Part shown: positions 59,495 through 64,000 of the stretch, piece after piece
How positions within the stretch are numbered: position 1 is the stretch's first letter
How the letters are laid out: every line of letters begins with the position of its first letter
Made by a program: the position numbers and the translations under genes
Assembly: GCA_963771465.1 (NCBI GenBank)
Contig: CAVYTU010000014.1
Location: 1,056,001-1,120,000, forward strand
Length of the DNA: 64,000 nt
DNA from: an uncultured delta proteobacterium
GTDB taxonomy: Bacteria; Desulfobacterota; Binatia; UBA9968
Direction: 5' to 3'
Notes under the pieces: generated by a model
The model's database searches: none
Seen by the model: the letters and a program-made list of their open reading frames with translations, nothing else
Told to the model about the DNA's origin: nothing

Positions 59495-60472
59495 ATGAGC
59501 TTGTTAGAAATTCGCAACCTGAAAAAATATTTCCCCGTCGGCGAGGGATTTTTTTCGCGCGGCAAGGGCGCGGTCAAAGCGGTTGACGGAGTTAACCTGA
59601 CGATCGAGGAAGGCGAGACGGTCGGTTTAGTCGGCGAATCGGGATGCGGCAAGTCGACTTTGGGCCGGACGATTCTCCGGTTGATCGAGCCGACCAGCGG
59701 CGAAGTCAATTTTCTTGGCAAGAATTTGCTGACGATGCCCCAGCGCGAGCTGCGCGATATGCGGCGCCAGATGCAGATCATTTTCCAGGACCCCTACGCT
59801 TCGCTCAACCCGCGCATGCGGGTCGGCGATATCGTCGGTGAAGGACTGGAAATTCATAAGCTCGCCAAAGGCAAAGCCAAGCGCGATCGGGTGATGGAGC
59901 TGCTCCATCAAGTCGGTCTGCGCGAAGATCACTTCGACCGCTACCCGCACGAATTTAGCGGCGGCCAGCGCCAGCGCATCGGCATCGCCCGCGCTTTAGC
60001 CGTGAGTCCAAAGTTCATCGTTTGCGACGAGCCGGTGTCGTCCCTCGATGTTTCGATTCAAGCGCAGATCATCAATCTCTTGCAGGAGCTGCAAGAGAAG
60101 ATGCATCTGACCTACCTATTCATTTCCCACGATCTCCGGGTCGTCGAGCATATCAGCCATCGAGTGGCGATCATGTATCTTGGCAAGGTGGTCGAAATCG
60201 CCAAGAGCGACACGATTTACCGGGACGCCAAACATCCCTATACCCGCGCGCTGCTCTCCGCCGTGCCGATCCCCGATATGTCGCGCAAGAAAGAGCGGGT
60301 CATCCTCGAAGGCGACGTGCCGAGTCCGGTGAACCCGCCGTCGGGTTGTACGTTCCACCCGCGCTGCTCCTACCGTGAAGCGCTGTGCAGCCAGAGCGAG
60401 CCCAGTTTAGATTTTGCCGCGGACGGCCATGGTGTCGCTTGCCATGTCTTCGGGCCGATTAAACGGGCGTGA
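59495..60472 (+). CDS. Peptide ABC transporter ATP-binding protein (DppF/OppF-like)
   Basis: [44 protein letters not shown]. Confidence 0.95.
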   Translation: MSLLEIRNLKKYFPVGEGFFSRGKGAVKAVDGVNLTIEEGETVGLVGESGCGKSTLGRTILRLIEPTSGEVNFLGKNLLTMPQRELRDMRRQMQIIFQDPYASLNPRMRVGDIVGEGLEIHKLAKGKAKRDRVMELLHQVGLREDHFDRYPHEFSGGQRQRIGIARALAVSPKFIVCDEPVSSLDVSIQAQIINLLQELQEKMHLTYLFISHDLRVVEHISHRVAIMYLGKVVEIAKSDTIYRDAKHPYTRALLSAVPIPDMSRKKERVILEGDVPSPVNPPSGCTFHPRCSYREALCSQSEPSLDFAADGHGVACHVFGPIKRA

Positions 60473-60539
60473 TGTCCACGCGACCTTCGCAATGCCAAAT
60501 CTGCCATTGCAAATTTCAAATTGAGAGTCTCGCCGGGAG

Positions 60540-60567
60540 TTGATTTAGGCGGTGCCGATGGTACAAT
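60540..60567 (+). promoter_or_regulatory. Putative greA promoter
   Basis: TTGATT, 16 nt spacer, TACAAT preceded by TGG (extended -10). Confidence 0.55.
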
Positions 60568-60610
60568 CACACTAGAATTTAACAGCTTGGCGAGACCAAC
60601 ATTTAATTAA

Positions 60611-60646
60611 GGCCTCTCGGGAGCGATTCCGAGGGGTTTTTATTTT
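60611..60646 (+). terminator. Intrinsic terminator in the greA leader
   Basis: GGCCTCTCGGGA-GCGA-TTCCGAGGGGTT followed by TTTATTTT, just upstream of the GGAG RBS. Confidence 0.8.
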
Positions 60647-60663
60647 GTTGTGGAGTTGAATTT

Positions 60664-61146
60664 ATGGCTGACGACAGCGTGCCAATGACGAACAAGGGTT
60701 ACCAGTTCTTGATGGAAGAGCTGAAACGATTGAAAAGCGTGGAGCGTCCTCGCAACGTACGCGAAATCGAAGAGGCCCGCGAACACGGTGATCTTTCGGA
60801 AAACGCCGAATTCCATGCCGCCAAAGATCGCCAGTCCTTGCTAGATTTGCAGATCCGGGAGATCGAAGACAAAATCGCGCGGGCCCAGATCATAGACATT
60901 TCCAAGCTTTCCGGCGAGAAGATTGTATTCGGTGCCACGGTGGCGCTCGCCGATGGTGACACGGGCGATAAGGTGGTATATCAAATCGTCGGCGATCACG
61001 AGGCGGAACCGAAGAACGGTAAGATTTCCATTAGCTCTCCCATCGCTCGGGCATTGATCGGCAAGAACGAGGGAGAAGAAGTTCAGGTCCGCACCCCCAC
61101 GGGCGTTCGTACTTTCGACATCCTTAGCGTCGACTATATCGAATAA
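60664..61146 (+). CDS. greA: Transcription elongation factor GreA
   Basis: EAREHGDLSENAEFHAAK, ISISSPIARALIGK. Confidence 0.97.
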   Translation: MADDSVPMTNKGYQFLMEELKRLKSVERPRNVREIEEAREHGDLSENAEFHAAKDRQSLLDLQIREIEDKIARAQIIDISKLSGEKIVFGATVALADGDTGDKVVYQIVGDHEAEPKNGKISISSPIARALIGKNEGEEVQVRTPTGVRTFDILSVDYIE

Positions 61147-61187
61147 GTCGCCGGTGCCAGTGGGGCGGGCCGTTCTGGAAAGGCAGC

Positions 61188-63209
61188 ATGACCTTTTCAG
61201 CCATCGCGGTTGCACCCGCTCATTTCGCATCGGCGCATTTCGCCGCGCCCTACCCAGTTCACAATCGCTGCCGATTGCCATCGCGCCATACCGTGCGGTG
61301 GATTGCCGTGGCGCTGCTGATCGTTTTTTTCAGCGGTTATTGGGCGGTGCCAGCCCAAGGCGAAATTCAAATCGAACCGCGGGTCGGTTTCCACGGCGTG
61401 TTCCAGCTTGGCCGGCCGTTTCCACTCGAGATCGAGTTAAACAATAGCGGTCGGCCGGCCGAAGGCGTCTTAGAAGTGCAGGTTTGGAAGGGCGGCGCCA
61501 CCAAAGGCGGCGCGCCGTTCGCGGTCAACTACCGGCGCCAAGTATTTCTCGCGGCCCAGGCGCGCAAGACCATTCAACTCACCGTCGATCCCGATTTTAT
61601 CAGCCGGCCGCTGAGGCTTACTTTCTCCAGTCCCGCGGGCGCGGCCAAGCGCGAACTCGATCTGCGTCGTTATTTTTCACCGACCCCGCTGCTGCTGTTT
61701 CTGAGCGAGAGCAATTTATTACCGCCGATGGCGAGTGCGACGGGGCAGCATCGGCTGATCGCGCTGTCGCCCGGCGAGCTCGCTGCGGACCCGCGCGCAC
61801 TGCTCGGCGTGTCCCACGTTATTCTCTACGATCAGTCGCTACGCGATTTGTCGCGCGCTCAACTCGCCGCCCTCGATACCTGGCTCAGTTCCGGCGGCCG
61901 CATGGTGATCATCGGCAGTCTCAATTTTGCGCTCTATCAAGACGCGGCGCTCAGCCGTTTTTTGCCGGTGCGGGTTAGCGGCACCCGGCGGATCACTTTC
62001 AAACCGAGCGCGGTCAAAGACGAGCCGCCGGCATCGCTCGGCGGCGTGTGGGCGCTGCAGTCGACGCTGGTCAACGGCAAGGTGCTGGCCGAAAGCGACG
62101 GCGTGCCGGTGTTGGTCGAAGCCAGCCGCGGCCGGGGACGAATTATTTATTTCGCTTTGGATATCGGCCGTCCGCCGTTAGCGCAGTGGAGCGGGCTGCC
62201 GAGATATTTGCAGACGCTGCTGGCGCCGGCTAGCGCTGACGATCAGCCGCTGCGCAGCGAGTGGAACGACGCGGTGTTTGCCCAGCTGATCGCGAGTCCG
62301 ACGTTTATCTCGACCTACGTGCCTTCCGGCTCGATGTTTGTCGCGATGATTCTCTATTTGGCCGGTCTCGGCGGTATTCTCTGGCTCTGGCAGCGCAAGA
62401 CATTCTCCGGGCGGGCAACCCTTGGCGCTTTGTTTGGGCTGGTGAGCGTCGGCACTGTTGCCGGCTATTTTCTCTTCAATCGCGGCGGCAATATTCCCGA
62501 CGGTGTGCTGATGACTTCTACCTTGCTTGAGAGCAGCGGCGACGGTTACGTCGAGGCACAGGCGAATCTCGCGCTATTCTCCACCCAGCCGCGGCCCTAC
62601 GATCTCGAAATGAATCGGGGATGGATGGAATTGACGCCGGTCTCCAACCGGGCTAGGGATCAGCAGGCGGCGGCGGTTGTACAACAAGACAGCAACGGTG
62701 TGAGCCGCTACCATCTGCCGCTGCGCGAATGGGACTATCGGCTGTTTCGCATGCGGCTCATCGACCGTTTTCAATTGCGCGCTGAGTTCGAAGCGCAAGG
62801 CGATCAACTGATCATGAAAATCGATAACCAGAGCGGCAAAGATTTGACCCACTGTTGGCTGTTGGTGCCGGGCCGACAATTCGATCTCGGCCGGATCGCC
62901 CATGGCGCCACTTGGCGCAAAACCTTTTCGTTGACGCCCCTCAAGAGCGCCGCCGAAGCGAGCACGGCGCGCAGCGAAGGGGTGAGCTTCCGCGAAGTGC
63001 GGTTTCCGGATAAGACCCGGGATATTTTGTTTCACTCGTCGTTTTTTCCGCGCGACGGCGACGCCCGCTGGGCGAGCGGGGCGGCGGTGTTTTTCGGTTG
63101 GGTCAACGATTTTGAACCGAAGGTGCGCCTGGACGATGCGCGCATCCAGCGCCAGGACTACGCGCTCTACCGCGCGATCATTCCGTTAGCCCAAGGGGAG
63201 GACGAATGA
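61188..63209 (+). CDS. Exported/membrane protein with a class I glutamine amidotransferase-like domain
   Basis: Signal/TM segment, AQLAALDTWLSSGGRMVIIG, GRGRIIYFALD, two internal TMs. Start uncertain. Confidence 0.65.
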   Translation: MTFSAIAVAPAHFASAHFAAPYPVHNRCRLPSRHTVRWIAVALLIVFFSGYWAVPAQGEIQIEPRVGFHGVFQLGRPFPLEIELNNSGRPAEGVLEVQVWKGGATKGGAPFAVNYRRQVFLAAQARKTIQLTVDPDFISRPLRLTFSSPAGAAKRELDLRRYFSPTPLLLFLSESNLLPPMASATGQHRLIALSPGELAADPRALLGVSHVILYDQSLRDLSRAQLAALDTWLSSGGRMVIIGSLNFALYQDAALSRFLPVRVSGTRRITFKPSAVKDEPPASLGGVWALQSTLVNGKVLAESDGVPVLVEASRGRGRIIYFALDIGRPPLAQWSGLPRYLQTLLAPASADDQPLRSEWNDAVFAQLIASPTFISTYVPSGSMFVAMILYLAGLGGILWLWQRKTFSGRATLGALFGLVSVGTVAGYFLFNRGGNIPDGVLMTSTLLESSGDGYVEAQANLALFSTQPRPYDLEMNRGWMELTPVSNRARDQQAAAVVQQDSNGVSRYHLPLREWDYRLFRMRLIDRFQLRAEFEAQGDQLIMKIDNQSGKDLTHCWLLVPGRQFDLGRIAHGATWRKTFSLTPLKSAAEASTARSEGVSFREVRFPDKTRDILFHSSFFPRDGDARWASGAAVFFGWVNDFEPKVRLDDARIQRQDYALYRAIIPLAQGEDE

Positions 63210-63949
63210 AGGACAATCCGGTCTGGCGCGAAAGCATCGAGGTTTTCTTTGTCGAGGGGCACGGCTATCAGGTTTATTTTTATCTGTTGATCATTCTCAC
63301 GCCGGTAGAATTTTTCTCGTTATATATTCCTTCCCTCGACGCCCAAATGTGGAGCGGTTCGGCGAGTCTGTTCAGAGTCACGGCGGTGAGCGCGCTGCTG
63401 TTGATCGTCTATTTTTCCTTGCGAGTGGCCAATCAGGAGTTTGCGCCGTGGCGGTTTCGGCCGATCAAACATTGGCTCGGCCAACAAGGTCAGCCCGCCG
63501 CCGCGGTGCGCCGCGGGCAACTATTTTTTCTTTTGGCCCATATCGGCCTCTCATTGCTGGTCTCGGCGCCGCTCTTGGTCTGGGCCGGCGCCGTGGCGCG
63601 CACACCGCTCACGAGCATCGCCGTGACCTTTCTGTTGCTCTCCTTTTACGCGCTGAGCTACGGTGTCTGGGGGCTCGCCTCGCTGGCGCTTTGGGAGCGT
63701 CGCGTGGAGAACCGGCAAGTTTTTATCCGTTGCTTTTTTACCTGCTTGGTGATTTTGTCGGCGTTGTTTTATCTGCCACTCAACCCGATCGCGTTTCTAC
63801 TGGCGTATCTCAGCCGGCAAGAGTTGGCACCGCTAACGATTTTCGGTTGGCAATGGCCGGCGCCCTATCTCCATTTCACTTTTCATCTCATGCTCGGCGC
63901 CTCAGGCTACGCCTTGCAACGTTGGGCGTTGCAAAGGGAGGCGTCATGA
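63206..63949 (+). CDS. Multi-pass membrane protein (ABC-2 permease-like)
   Basis: NPVWRE N-terminus, about 6 TM helices, ATGA coupling on both sides. Confidence 0.6.
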   Translation: MKDNPVWRESIEVFFVEGHGYQVYFYLLIILTPVEFFSLYIPSLDAQMWSGSASLFRVTAVSALLLIVYFSLRVANQEFAPWRFRPIKHWLGQQGQPAAAVRRGQLFFLLAHIGLSLLVSAPLLVWAGAVARTPLTSIAVTFLLLSFYALSYGVWGLASLALWERRVENRQVFIRCFFTCLVILSALFYLPLNPIAFLLAYLSRQELAPLTIFGWQWPAPYLHFTFHLMLGASGYALQRWALQREAS

Positions 63950-64000
63950 ACCCGCTGGCCGTCGCGCTCCAGGAGAAATTTGCCGCGTTACTTAGTTGGG
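63946..64000 (+). CDS. Start of the next gene (partial)
   Basis: GGAGG RBS and an ATG overlapping the previous stop; MNPLAVALQEKFAALLSW. Confidence 0.55.
   Translation, partial: MNPLAVALQEKFAALLSW

Overview
This is a GC-rich, gene-dense bacterial chromosome segment with about 55 CDS. Gene content (several UbiD paralogues, NMT1/THI5 and ABC_sub_bind binding proteins, futalosine-type mqnL/mqnP) suggests a deltaproteobacterium-like soil lineage such as Candidatus Binatia; this is inference. From left to right: a catabolic block (DUF1989 protein, NMT1 binding protein, two divergent UbiD decarboxylases, xanthine-dehydrogenase-family M/S/L genes, secreted cyclase); a TolC/MdtA/RND efflux operon with a frameshifted mdtA; an extended BamD and TPR lipoproteins; mqnL-mqnP-tauE; a cluster of GT-C(-TPR) glycosyltransferases with a polyprenyl-phosphate sugar synthase; ZIP, sodC, amgK-murU; a split NAD synthetase; rsmI; an AT-richer, alphaproteobacterial-looking ligA; a peptide ABC operon interrupted by hydrolase/CMD/SDR genes; and greA. 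The main signals not explained by the ORF track are: (1) a glutaredoxin-like gene whose apparent TGA stop is followed by E-V-TAA and an fdhF-like SECIS hairpin, i.e. a C-terminal U-X-X-stop selenoprotein; (2) a bacterial TMTC-like multi-transferase protein glycosylation locus with two decayed paralogues; (3) short-period (6-9 nt) inverted repeat arrays at gene junctions and in-frame inside proteins; (4) internally deleted gene remnants (ligA, ICL/PEP-mutase family, dppC). No rRNA, tRNA, CRISPR array or transposase was recognised. All calls come from reading the sequence and translations; no searches were run.
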